From: Steroidobacteraceae bacterium
Lineage (GTDB): Bacteria > Pseudomonadota > Gammaproteobacteria > Steroidobacterales > Steroidobacteraceae
NCBI GenBank assembly: GCA_036390615.1
Contig: DASWBL010000057.1
Span: 1 to 49,241 of the forward strand
Direction: 5' to 3'
Length of the DNA stretch: 49,241 nucleotides
Part shown: piece by piece, positions 1 through 9,130 of the stretch
How positions within the stretch are numbered: position 1 is the stretch's first letter
Layout: every line of letters starts with the position of its first letter
Program-made: the position numbers and the translations under genes
Notes under the pieces: model-generated
The model's database searches: none
Told to the model about the DNA's origin: nothing
The model's input: only the letters and a program-made list of their open reading frames with translations

Positions 1-641
1 AGCAGGCACACGAGTACCGTAGCGGCTGGGGGGAAACCCATGACGGGGAGGCCTACTCGAACGGTCAAATCTATTTTGGTATCAAGCTGGATGTCGGAGT
101 CGGCAGTGGCGGGCCGCTGTTCTTTACACATTATTCCTTCATCGGCGTTGATCCACATTTACTGCACGATCGTTACACGACGTCCTATTTTGATAACAAT
201 CGCAATATAGCGTTGATCAATCGCGCCTGGTGCATCGCGAACCCGCTGCACTTTGACGGCTACGGACCCGATGCCTGGGGGTTGACCGCCAGCGACGGGC
301 CGAATGGTTACCTGCCGGCGTCGCCCGACAAGGATCATGACATCGGCACGCTCACGCCAACGGGTGCGCTCGCTTCATTCCCCTATACTCCGGAAGCCTC
401 AATGGCTGCCTTCAAGCACTTCTATCGCGATCTTGGCAGTCAGCTATGGGACATCTACGGACCTCGTGATGCCTATAATCTGTCGGCCCACTGGGTGTCA
501 CCCATCTACATGGGTCTTAATCAGGCTCCCATCGTGGCGATGGTTGAAAACTACCGTAGCGGCCTGCTATGGCGGACGTTCATGTCCAACCCAGAAATTA
601 CCGCCATGCTTTCGAAGCTTGATGCGGCCGGTAAGGAATGA
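1..641 (+). CDS. GH144 / glucoamylase-like (PF10091, DUF3131-type) glycoside hydrolase, C-terminal part; 5' end lies outside the window
   Basis: Frame 3 is open from the window edge ([42 protein letters not shown]..) to the TGA at 639-641, so the M listed at 213 is internal. Motifs [25 protein letters not shown] and [20 protein letters not shown] match my memory of the endo-beta-1,2-glucanase-like family. Confidence 0.65.
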   Translation, partial: QAHEYRSGWGETHDGEAYSNGQIYFGIKLDVGVGSGGPLFFTHYSFIGVDPHLLHDRYTTSYFDNNRNIALINRAWCIANPLHFDGYGPDAWGLTASDGPNGYLPASPDKDHDIGTLTPTGALASFPYTPEASMAAFKHFYRDLGSQLWDIYGPRDAYNLSAHWVSPIYMGLNQAPIVAMVENYRSGLLWRTFMSNPEITAMLSKLDAAGKE

Positions 642-660
642 GCGCAATGGATGAATCCTA

Positions 661-2178
661 ATGCTGCGAAGTAGCTGGATTGTCATTGGCCTGTCTGGGC
701 TTATACCAGTATGTGGATATAGCGCCGATGTCGCGACTACGGCGAATTCCGAGGTTGTCACTGTGGACGCGTCGGCGCCCGCGCGCGATTTTCCGCACTT
801 CTGGGAAAAGATGTTCGGATCCGGCCGTGCGGTACTTGCGCTGCGCGAGAATTACCGCCGCGACTTGCATGACACGAAACAGATCACTGATTTCGAGTTT
901 GTACGTGCGCACGCGATTTTTCACGATGAGCTAGGTGTTTATGATGAGGACGCCTCGGGGCACCCGGTTTATAACTTTTCCTATGTTGACCAGATTTACG
1001 ACAATTTGTTGGCTGCCGGCGTACGACCATTTGTAGAGCTGAGCTTTATGCCACGCAAGCTGGCGTCTAGAGAGTCCATTCATCCTTTCTGGTATAAGCC
1101 AAATGTGTCGCCGCCGAAGGACTATGCGCGGTGGGATGGCCTGATCAGCGAATTTGCGCAGCATTTAATTGGCCGCTACGGCATTCAGGAAGTCAGCCAG
1201 TGGTATTTCGAGGTCTGGAACGAACCGAATCTGGATTTCTGGGCGGGCATACCGGCGCAAGCTTCCTACTGGGAGTTGTACGACCACACGGCGAGAGTTC
1301 TCAAGGCCGTCGACGCGCGGCTGCGCGTCGGCGGTCCCGCTACCGCGCAGGCGGCCTGGGTCGATGCAATGATCGCGCACGCGGTGCAGCACAACGTGCC
1401 CCTCGACTTCGTGTCGACGCACGTCTACGGAAATGACACCGCTGATAATGTCTTTGGAACGAGCGAGAACATTCCGCAGGACAAGATGGTCTGCCGTGCT
1501 GTAAGAAAGGTGCACGAGCAGATCAAGAGCTCGGCGCGACCAGCTCTGCCGCTAATTTGGAGCGAATTTAACGCCAGTTACGGCAATGACCCGGCCGTCA
1601 CTGATGCGGTGTACATGGGTCCATGGCTGGCCGATACGATTCGCCAGTGCGACGGCTTGGTCGACATGATGTCCTACTGGACATTCTCGGATGTTTTCGA
1701 AGAGCAGGGAGTCACCAAGGGGCCCTTCAGAGGGGGATTCGGCCTGCTCGCCATGGGCGGTATCCCCAAGCCCGCGTTTAACGCCTTCAAGGTATTGCAT
1801 CGCTTGGGTACGCAACGGCTAGCAGTTGATTCGGACTCGGTACTGGCGACCCGTCGCCCCGATGGCTCGTTGGTGCTGGCGCTCTGGAATTACGCACCTT
1901 ACAACGCTCCCGGCTCCGCGAAGACGATCACAGTGCAGCTCAAGGGGTTGGCTGCGAAGAATGCCGAAGTCTGGCGGGTTGATGCCGAGCATGGGGACGT
2001 GCATCCGGCATACAAGGCCATGGGATCACCGCAGTCGCCAACGCTCGCGCAAATTGTGAGTCTCAAGCAAGCCAGCGCGCTACCGCCTGCTGAAACAGTC
2101 AAGCTGTACGCCGACAAATTAACGCTGCAATTGCCGACTTATGGTCTTGTCGTGGTGGAGATCGGGAGCGGGCGGTGA
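661..2178 (+). CDS. Secreted glycoside hydrolase family 39 (beta-xylosidase/iduronidase-like)
   Basis: 505-aa ORF with an N-terminal signal-like segment (WIVIGLSGLIPVCGYSA). It has a GH39-type acid/base motif WYFEVWNEPNL and a nucleophile-region motif PLIWSEFNASY. It starts 20 nt after the preceding hydrolase gene. Confidence 0.8.
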   Translation: MLRSSWIVIGLSGLIPVCGYSADVATTANSEVVTVDASAPARDFPHFWEKMFGSGRAVLALRENYRRDLHDTKQITDFEFVRAHAIFHDELGVYDEDASGHPVYNFSYVDQIYDNLLAAGVRPFVELSFMPRKLASRESIHPFWYKPNVSPPKDYARWDGLISEFAQHLIGRYGIQEVSQWYFEVWNEPNLDFWAGIPAQASYWELYDHTARVLKAVDARLRVGGPATAQAAWVDAMIAHAVQHNVPLDFVSTHVYGNDTADNVFGTSENIPQDKMVCRAVRKVHEQIKSSARPALPLIWSEFNASYGNDPAVTDAVYMGPWLADTIRQCDGLVDMMSYWTFSDVFEEQGVTKGPFRGGFGLLAMGGIPKPAFNAFKVLHRLGTQRLAVDSDSVLATRRPDGSLVLALWNYAPYNAPGSAKTITVQLKGLAAKNAEVWRVDAEHGDVHPAYKAMGSPQSPTLAQIVSLKQASALPPAETVKLYADKLTLQLPTYGLVVVEIGSGR

Positions 2179-2714
2179 AAATCGCGCTGCCGTGCATACT
2201 GCTCTTATTGCCGATTTTCTGCGAGAGCGCACCGGATTTGCTCTACGGCAATTGGCAGCGCCGCGATTTCAGCCTTGAGTTCAATGGTTTTATGCAGGTC
2301 TACGCCTGTGATGAACTTCAGGAGAAGCTCGAAATCCTTCTCAAGGCTTCGGGCGCAAGGAAAGATTTGGGCATAAAGACTTCGTGCCGCTTTCCGGATC
2401 GCCCGTCAGAAGGTGCCAGGGCTCAGATGGAATTCTTTGCCCTGACACTGCCGGCGAACGCAACTGCCAATGCTGCTACAGCACCTGAGACAGGCAATGT
2501 AGCAGCGCGATGGCGTAAAGTGAGTTTGCGCTACGGTTCGCCTTCAGACTTGAAGGTATCGGACTGCGAATTGTTGGCCCGGTTCAGGGATCAGCTGCTG
2601 CCCTTGTTCACGATCCGCCATCTTGTTGATCGTACACATTGCAGGCTGGGAATGTCACAACCGGGTGACCTCGACCTGCAATTCGAGGTACTGGTTCCCG
2701 CCGGGCCGGATTGA
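2175..2714 (+). CDS. Hypothetical small secreted protein, coupled to the GH39 gene
   Basis: 179-aa ORF. Its GTG start overlaps the GH39 stop (GTGA at 2175-2178). It has a clear signal peptide (MKIALPCILLLLPIFCESA) and four Cys residues. I recognise no family. Confidence 0.5.
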   Translation: MKIALPCILLLLPIFCESAPDLLYGNWQRRDFSLEFNGFMQVYACDELQEKLEILLKASGARKDLGIKTSCRFPDRPSEGARAQMEFFALTLPANATANAATAPETGNVAARWRKVSLRYGSPSDLKVSDCELLARFRDQLLPLFTIRHLVDRTHCRLGMSQPGDLDLQFEVLVPAGPD

Positions 2715-2735
2715 GCGCTCCGACCTCTCGATCTA

Positions 2736-4742
2736 TCACTTGCGGCCTGTCGCCGGTCTCATTCGCTCCAACCAGCGGTATAACAGGAACGCGGTCAATG
2801 CGAATGCGCTACCGCCAATCCACACCGAGGCATTGTCCGCGAACCGATCTCCGACCAGTGCCAACGGGAAATCCTTGCCTGAAAATGCGACGAAGGCCGC
2901 TATCATTACGCCCACCAATCCTTCGCCAACAATCATTCCAGAGGCCAGCAGCACGCCGAGCTGCTTAGTTGCCTGCGGATCGGGGCCGCGATCAGCTCGA
3001 TGGTCGAAATACCAGCCGACAACGGCGCCAACTACTACCATGAGCGTGCTCTGCGTAGGCAGGTATATCCCCAAGCCGACCGCAAGCGGTGCCAGGTGGG
3101 CCGAGGGCGTTACGCGTCGGAGAATTTCGTCTATCGCGATCACCCCGACTCCAATCCACGCGCCAATCCTGATCAGGCTCCAGTCAATATTATTTTGGAT
3201 CACGCCCTGGGCGAGCGCCGAAATCAGCCCGGCCTGCGGCGCCGGCAATGGATGATCGTGATGGGGGCCGGGCGCGCCAGCGAATCCATAGGCGTGGTTG
3301 AGCAGATCGAGGATTGGTGGAATGATCAAGGCGCCGGCAATGACGCCAATAACCAGCGCCACCTGCTGCTTCCATGGCGTGGCATCTACGAGTTGGCCGG
3401 TTTTCAGATCCTGCAGGTTGTTGTTAGCGATGGTGGCGACTGCAAACACGACCGCCGTGACAAACAGCGCGTAGGCCACCAGCGATTTTTCGCCACTCAC
3501 CGAGACGCTGGATCGGATGCTGAATACCAAAAGAAGCGCGGCCCCAATCACCACCAGAATACCGATGCCCGAGAGCGGGCTGTTCGACGACCCGATGAGC
3601 CCGGCCATGTAGCCGCACACAGCGGAGACGAAGAAACTCATCAGCGCGATATAGATGAGGCCACCCAAAACCAAAACGAGCATGTGATTTCCAAGACCAC
3701 TGGTCGTGCTGAAGTCCGCCAGCAGCCAACCGATCGGGGCGAGGCAGATCAGGGTAATCAGACCGACCAGACCGATGGGAATATCGCGTTCAGTGCGAGG
3801 CAGAAGGGCTGCATTTCCGGCAGCGCGAGCACGTGAAGCCGCCATGGCTGAAGTTAGGCCAGTGACCACCGGCTTCACCAGCTTAGCTAACGTCCAAACT
3901 GCGGCGACGCCAATGGTACCGGCCCCCAGGAAGCGCACCTTATGACTCCAGGTTTCCTGCGCCAGATCAGCGATCGCACCGACGTGTCCTGCCAGCGCCG
4001 AGTAATGCGGTACGCCCCAAGCCCAGCCAATTAACGCACCCACAAGCATCGCCAGGCCGACCCACAAACCAACGAGGTGCCCGATGGCGAACAGTGCAAA
4101 CGAGAGAAAAAAGTCGAATCCGGATACGCCGCCGCGATCGCCACCCAGGCGAAAGTACCGAACGACGTCGCTGGCGAAAATGCGGGTGGCTACGATTATT
4201 GCGAATGCGGCCGAAACAATGGACCCCCACACGACCGCGCGAAGGCCAGCGCGACTCGCCTCGACTGCGGACGCCTCGGCCTGGGCTCCGCCGCCGACCT
4301 TTAACACTTCGGCGCAAGCAAGGCCCTCGGGGTATGGCAGATCGGATTGGGTGACCAGCGCGCGCCGCAGCGGTATCGAGTACATCACACCCAGTATGCC
4401 GCCAAGGCCGCAGATCCAAAACGACACCCAGTATGGGAAACCCGTCCACCAGCCGATCATTACCAGGCCCGGCAGCACGAAAATAATCGAGGATAAAGTG
4501 CCAGCCGCAGACGCGACCGTCTGAACGATGTTGTTCTCCTGGATGGTCATTCCTTTAAAGCTGCGCAGCACCGCCATCGAGATCACGGCAGCTGGGATCG
4601 ACGTGGCAAACGTCAGGCCGGCCTTCAGGCCGAAGTAGACGTTGGCCGCGGTAAACACCACCGTGATGATGAATCCCAGAATCAGGCCGCGCAGCGTCAA
4701 TTCAGTATTGGTATCGGCGAGCAGAGATGGCTTTTTATTCAC
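2736..4742 (-). CDS. OPT-superfamily oligopeptide transporter
   Basis: 668-aa polytopic membrane protein with a GTG start. The N-terminus LTLRGLILGFIITVVFTAANVYFGLKAGLTFATSIPAAVISMAVLRSF is typical of bacterial OPT (PF03169) proteins. Confidence 0.88.
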   Translation of the reverse strand: MNKKPSLLADTNTELTLRGLILGFIITVVFTAANVYFGLKAGLTFATSIPAAVISMAVLRSFKGMTIQENNIVQTVASAAGTLSSIIFVLPGLVMIGWWTGFPYWVSFWICGLGGILGVMYSIPLRRALVTQSDLPYPEGLACAEVLKVGGGAQAEASAVEASRAGLRAVVWGSIVSAAFAIIVATRIFASDVVRYFRLGGDRGGVSGFDFFLSFALFAIGHLVGLWVGLAMLVGALIGWAWGVPHYSALAGHVGAIADLAQETWSHKVRFLGAGTIGVAAVWTLAKLVKPVVTGLTSAMAASRARAAGNAALLPRTERDIPIGLVGLITLICLAPIGWLLADFSTTSGLGNHMLVLVLGGLIYIALMSFFVSAVCGYMAGLIGSSNSPLSGIGILVVIGAALLLVFSIRSSVSVSGEKSLVAYALFVTAVVFAVATIANNNLQDLKTGQLVDATPWKQQVALVIGVIAGALIIPPILDLLNHAYGFAGAPGPHHDHPLPAPQAGLISALAQGVIQNNIDWSLIRIGAWIGVGVIAIDEILRRVTPSAHLAPLAVGLGIYLPTQSTLMVVVGAVVGWYFDHRADRGPDPQATKQLGVLLASGMIVGEGLVGVMIAAFVAFSGKDFPLALVGDRFADNASVWIGGSAFALTAFLLYRWLERMRPATGRK

Positions 4743-4776
4743 GGAATAAGTCCATTGTTATGGGGCGAGGACCGCG

Positions 4777-6498
4777 TCAACGAGCGGGCGGACGGCTGAA
4801 ATCAAACAGGTTCATGAGGTCGCCGATTGCTGGCCGGTTCGCTGGCACGTAAGGATTGTGCGGATCGGCAATCGGGTTTGGCAGATTGTCGCGGCTGCGC
4901 ACGCTGAGTGGTTGCACGCCCCAGTTACGCTCGACGAATTTGAGAATCGAAGCATGATCGTAGTAAGTGTGGTCAACATGTCCGCGTCTGGCCCAGGGCG
5001 ATATGGCGATCAGTGGCATCCGCGTGCCGTCGCCGAAGAAATCCAAGGGTTGCACGTAGCCGGAATCATAATAGCCGCCACCCTCGTCAAAGGTGACCAG
5101 GATGACGGTGTGCTGCCAAAGCTTTTGATTGGCGCGTACGCGATCAAAGACGTCGTGCACCAGCTCCTCAAAGGATGGTTCCATGGCGTAGCCAGGGTGC
5201 CCGGACACGCTGTCATACGGCGCAATGACTGAGAATGCCGGAAAGTGCTCGGCGTCCCGGACGTCGACGTAAAACTGCTGCAAATCTTGCAATTTGGCGC
5301 GGTCTGGTCCGGTCATCGTCGAAGTGAAAAACACCAGTGTGTCGCACGAGTGGCAATACTCCTTGTCGATCAGTTTGCCGTCGTTGCGCCCGCCGGAGTA
5401 CCACTTCCACGGCACTTGCGCGGCGGTCAGGGCATCACCGATATTGCGGATGATCTGTGGCGGCAGCAGAAACTTATCGGGCCCGAGTTGCCGCGGGCTG
5501 CCGTCCGGGAAATAACCGGGGTCAAGATTGTTGACCATATAATAGTGGCCCGACTCGCAGTTGCCTGCGTGGTAGGTCTGGTACGGGAGCGTCGCGAGAT
5601 ACGCTCGAATGCCAGCAACACCCGGCGCTGCGATATCGGCACAGCCGACATAACTGCCGCCCTCGTAGCCGTCCTCGGTGTACCAGTTATTGGTCCCTGG
5701 TTGCGGATTAGGGTTCTCGATCTGGTTCGGAGGTGGAGCAGCCGATTGGCCTACTTCAGTGAAAAAGCCGACATCGCCTGTCGCCAGTGCAAAATAGTTT
5801 GCTGTGGTACCGCCGATCACAGGTTGATGGTAGTTATCGGCGATGGCGAAGCGGTCAGCCAGGCTCTCAAAGTAAGCGGCGTCGCCCTGCGCCATGTTGT
5901 AAAAGCCCATCGGCTCACCGCCGAGCAACGTATGTCCGGGTGTCGTTGACTCCTTGCCGTTGCTGGGTCCGTGACCAGCTGACTCGGCAGTCCACACAAA
6001 CAAATCCATCTTGCCGCCATCAATCTGCTGCCACATTTGAAAAAACCGGTGCACGGGATCGCCGGTATGGGCGCCGAAACTGACCGACCGTGTGATCGGA
6101 TACGGCCCATTTGGCATCCCGGCGGCAAAACGCACATCCGGCTGGTCTTGGCGCTGGCCAACCGCGCTGTTCGCGTAGGGTTGAGGCAGCTGTGCGTAGG
6201 GGCCACTGATCCTCGGGGTTGGAGTATAAAAATCAAGGACTTCCGCCCTGCGCTGGGTGGCCAGTGCGAAGTTGGGTCCGGGAGAGCCATCCTCAAGAAC
6301 TATGCCACGCGACAGCAGGTTGCCTACCGTCTCCCCTGGCCTGGGCTTGTAAGTCCCAAAAAGATTATCGAACGTACGGTTCTCACCCACGATCACGATC
6401 ACATGTTCTATTGGCGTCGTGGCTTGAGGTGCCGCGGCCAGCGACAGTGATGGGGTTAGGGCCAGCAACCAGCAGCGGACTTTGCTCTTTGAAGGCAT
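4777..6498 (-). CDS. Secreted phosphoesterase-family protein (PF04185; AcpA acid phosphatase / non-haemolytic phospholipase C family)
   Basis: 573 aa with a signal peptide (CWLLALTPSLSLAAA). The hallmark N-terminal motif IEHVIVIVGENRTFDNLFGTY and a C-terminal block TVILVTFDEGGGYYDSGYVQP are present. It ends only 34 nt upstream of the OPT gene on the same strand. Confidence 0.82.
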   Translation of the reverse strand: MPSKSKVRCWLLALTPSLSLAAAPQATTPIEHVIVIVGENRTFDNLFGTYKPRPGETVGNLLSRGIVLEDGSPGPNFALATQRRAEVLDFYTPTPRISGPYAQLPQPYANSAVGQRQDQPDVRFAAGMPNGPYPITRSVSFGAHTGDPVHRFFQMWQQIDGGKMDLFVWTAESAGHGPSNGKESTTPGHTLLGGEPMGFYNMAQGDAAYFESLADRFAIADNYHQPVIGGTTANYFALATGDVGFFTEVGQSAAPPPNQIENPNPQPGTNNWYTEDGYEGGSYVGCADIAAPGVAGIRAYLATLPYQTYHAGNCESGHYYMVNNLDPGYFPDGSPRQLGPDKFLLPPQIIRNIGDALTAAQVPWKWYSGGRNDGKLIDKEYCHSCDTLVFFTSTMTGPDRAKLQDLQQFYVDVRDAEHFPAFSVIAPYDSVSGHPGYAMEPSFEELVHDVFDRVRANQKLWQHTVILVTFDEGGGYYDSGYVQPLDFFGDGTRMPLIAISPWARRGHVDHTYYDHASILKFVERNWGVQPLSVRSRDNLPNPIADPHNPYVPANRPAIGDLMNLFDFSRPPAR

Positions 6499-6587
6499 GT
6501 GTCCCTTACCCCTTGTTTATCGAGCGCCCTGCATGGTCCTAGGATTATGCCAGTCGGACGCGCCCGCTGGCGTGGCCGATGTGTCGC

Positions 6588-7754
6588 TCAACTCTGTAGG
6601 CTCAAATCGCCTTTTACCGCCGAACGGAATATTCGTGCGTACGTAGCAGCGTCCGTGGGCAGCGGGTTACCGCCAGCGCACGGGTCGAGCGACGCCTCGT
6701 GACCGATCGTGTCCGGATTGGTGAGCGTCACCCCGATCTCCGAAAGCGAATGCGGAATGTTTAGGCGTTTACGGAAGGCGAGTACCCACTCGCTGAAGGC
6801 TGCGAAGGGTTCGCCAGATAAATTCAATGTACGCGCAATCACGGGCAATTTTGATTCGATTGCTGGGCGATTGTGGCCGAGCATATAGGGCAGCACGATT
6901 GCATTGGTCAGTCCGTGGTGCGTGTTGAAAAATGCCCCCACAGGATGCGCAATCGCATGCACGCCGCCGAGCCCTTTCTGGAATGCCGTGGCGCCCATGC
7001 TTGCCGCCGCCAACATGCGTGAGCGGGCTTCAATATCGTGCCCGTTGTCAAAGGCGCGCGGCAGGTAGAACTGAATCAACCGCATGCCTTCGAGTGCGAC
7101 GCCATCGGCAAGCGGATGGAATCCGGGCGTGCAATAGGCTTCGAAGCAGTGTACAAAGGCGTCCAGCCCGGTGGCCGCTGTGACGCCTGGCGGTAATCCG
7201 ACTGTCAGTTCCGGGTCACTGATGACCACACCCGGCATCATCTGCGGATGAAAAATGATTTTCTTTTGATGAGTCGCTTCATTAATGACTACACCGGCCC
7301 GGCCGACTTCCGATCCGGTTCCCGCCGTAGTGGGAACCGCAACGATCGGTGCAATACCGCGCCGGTCAGCGCGTGTCCACCAATCACCGATATCCTCAAA
7401 GTCCCACATCGGTCGCGTCTGGCCGGACATAAAGGCAATGACTTTTCCCGCATCGAGTGCCGATCCGCCTCCGAGCGCGATGACACCGTCATGTCCACCT
7501 GACCGGTAAGCAGTTAGCCCTACTTCGATGTTGGCGGCCACCGGATTGCCGCGAACGTCCGAAAACAATCCGGTTCCGAGTACTAGCGCGCGCGCCTTCT
7601 GGATCATCGGCGCATCGCGCAGACCATTGTCAGTCACCAGCAACGGCCGCTTGATCCCCAGCATTGCGCATGCCGCCGGCAGCTCCGCGATACGACCGGG
7701 GCCGGCCCAAATAGTGGTTGGATAATTCCAGTTGGCTTTGAGAATCGCGCTCAC
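6588..7754 (-). CDS. Iron-containing (group III) alcohol dehydrogenase
   Basis: 388 aa. It has the NAD-binding motif ALGGGSALDAGK and the metal-binding His cluster GGVHAIAHPVGAFFNTHHGLTNA. Its GTG start overlaps the upstream ALDH stop (GTGA at 7751-7754). Confidence 0.85.
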   Translation of the reverse strand: MSAILKANWNYPTTIWAGPGRIAELPAACAMLGIKRPLLVTDNGLRDAPMIQKARALVLGTGLFSDVRGNPVAANIEVGLTAYRSGGHDGVIALGGGSALDAGKVIAFMSGQTRPMWDFEDIGDWWTRADRRGIAPIVAVPTTAGTGSEVGRAGVVINEATHQKKIIFHPQMMPGVVISDPELTVGLPPGVTAATGLDAFVHCFEAYCTPGFHPLADGVALEGMRLIQFYLPRAFDNGHDIEARSRMLAAASMGATAFQKGLGGVHAIAHPVGAFFNTHHGLTNAIVLPYMLGHNRPAIESKLPVIARTLNLSGEPFAAFSEWVLAFRKRLNIPHSLSEIGVTLTNPDTIGHEASLDPCAGGNPLPTDAATYARIFRSAVKGDLSLQS

Positions 7755-9130
7755 GTAGTTACCCGCATATGAAAGGATTTTGGCCGCGTCAGATGCTCAA
7801 AGCCGACCACCGACAGTGTGCAGCCTCGTCCTGAATCTTTAACGCCAACCCAGGCAAGTGCCGGATCCAAGTAGTCGCACCGATTCATGAACCAGGTGCC
7901 GGTCTGTACCTGTCCGCCAATTTCCAGTGACGCCGCCTCATCGCGGGTCCAAATCGCCGCCGTGAGACCAAAAGGGCTGTCATTCATCAGGGCTACTGCT
8001 TCGCGGTCCGAATGCACCTTCATGATACCGGCGACGGGGCCAAAGATCTCCTCGCGCATTACCGAAGATTTTAGCGGTGCATCCAGCAGCAATTGCGGCG
8101 CGAGATACGGAGTACCCGTCATACTCCGCGGAAACGCACGCTCGTCAATGGCTGGCCGAGCACCGGCTTCGACGGCCGCGCGCAGCTGCTGACGGATCCC
8201 ATCGGCCGCTGCAGTTCGAACTACCGGACCGAGCGTAACGGACGGATCTAGCGGATCGCCCAGCCGGTATTGCTGGATCAATTCGACGCACCCGGCGGTG
8301 AATCGGTCGTGAATGCTCTCATGGACGAAAATGCGCTGCAGGCCACAACAAGACTGGCCGGAATTGAAATACGCGCCGTCGACAATATTTTCAATCGCGT
8401 GCGCCACGTCGGCGTCGTGCCGCACATACACTGGATCGCATCCGCCAAGCTCAAGTCCTACGCCAATAAAGCGCTCGGCCGCCACCCGCTGCACGGCGTG
8501 GCCTCCGGCAACGGATCCGGTGAAAGCGACAAAATCGACGCGGCCATCACGGATTACACGCTCGGTATCGGCATGCTCCATATGAAGCACCTGGAAGACT
8601 CCAGCGGGCAATCCGGCGGTAGCAAAACATTCAGCAAAACGCTCTGCGCACAAGGGCGTCTGCGCCGAGTGTTTGAGTAAAACGACGTTACCGGCTAACA
8701 GCGCTGGCACCACGCTGTTGACGGCAATCAGGTAGGGATAATTCCAGGCCGCCACAGCGAATACGACACCGAGCGGCTCGCGATGAATGAAGCGGCGAAA
8801 TCCTGGCAACGGAGTAGGTTCCACATCGGCTAGCGCCGCCGCGGCGATGCTTGTCATGTGGCGGGCGCGCGCAACCGTGCTGCGCACCTCGTTGGGGGCG
8901 TAGCGGATGGGGCGCCCCATCTGCCAACTCAGTTCTTCGGCGATTTCCGTGGCCCGCGCTTCAAATTCGTGACAGAAACGCTCCATGATGGCCGCCCGTT
9001 CCGTGACCGGGACAGTTCTCCAATGCGGCTGCGCACCGCGGGCGCGCTGCAACGCCACCTCGATCTCGCCAGGCGAGGCGGCCGGACGCTCAGCGTATGT
9101 GCGTCCATCAACCGGACTGATGCATTTCAT
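7751..9130 (-). CDS. NAD(P)-dependent aldehyde dehydrogenase
   Basis: ALDH family with the catalytic Glu block VGLELGGCDP and the catalytic Cys block YFNSGQSCCGLQRIFVHES. I place the start at the ATG at 9130 (MKCISPVDGRTY), which shares one base with the GS-like gene stop (TGATG). The longer ORF reaching 9199 would overlap that gene by 70 nt. Confidence 0.88.
   Translation of the reverse strand: MKCISPVDGRTYAERPAASPGEIEVALQRARGAQPHWRTVPVTERAAIMERFCHEFEARATEIAEELSWQMGRPIRYAPNEVRSTVARARHMTSIAAAALADVEPTPLPGFRRFIHREPLGVVFAVAAWNYPYLIAVNSVVPALLAGNVVLLKHSAQTPLCAERFAECFATAGLPAGVFQVLHMEHADTERVIRDGRVDFVAFTGSVAGGHAVQRVAAERFIGVGLELGGCDPVYVRHDADVAHAIENIVDGAYFNSGQSCCGLQRIFVHESIHDRFTAGCVELIQQYRLGDPLDPSVTLGPVVRTAAADGIRQQLRAAVEAGARPAIDERAFPRSMTGTPYLAPQLLLDAPLKSSVMREEIFGPVAGIMKVHSDREAVALMNDSPFGLTAAIWTRDEAASLEIGGQVQTGTWFMNRCDYLDPALAWVGVKDSGRGCTLSVVGFEHLTRPKSFHMRVTT

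Noticed and set aside
2623-3836. Plus-strand ORFs of 210 and 278 aa
   Set aside because: Both are antisense to the OPT transporter gene and have no supporting motifs.
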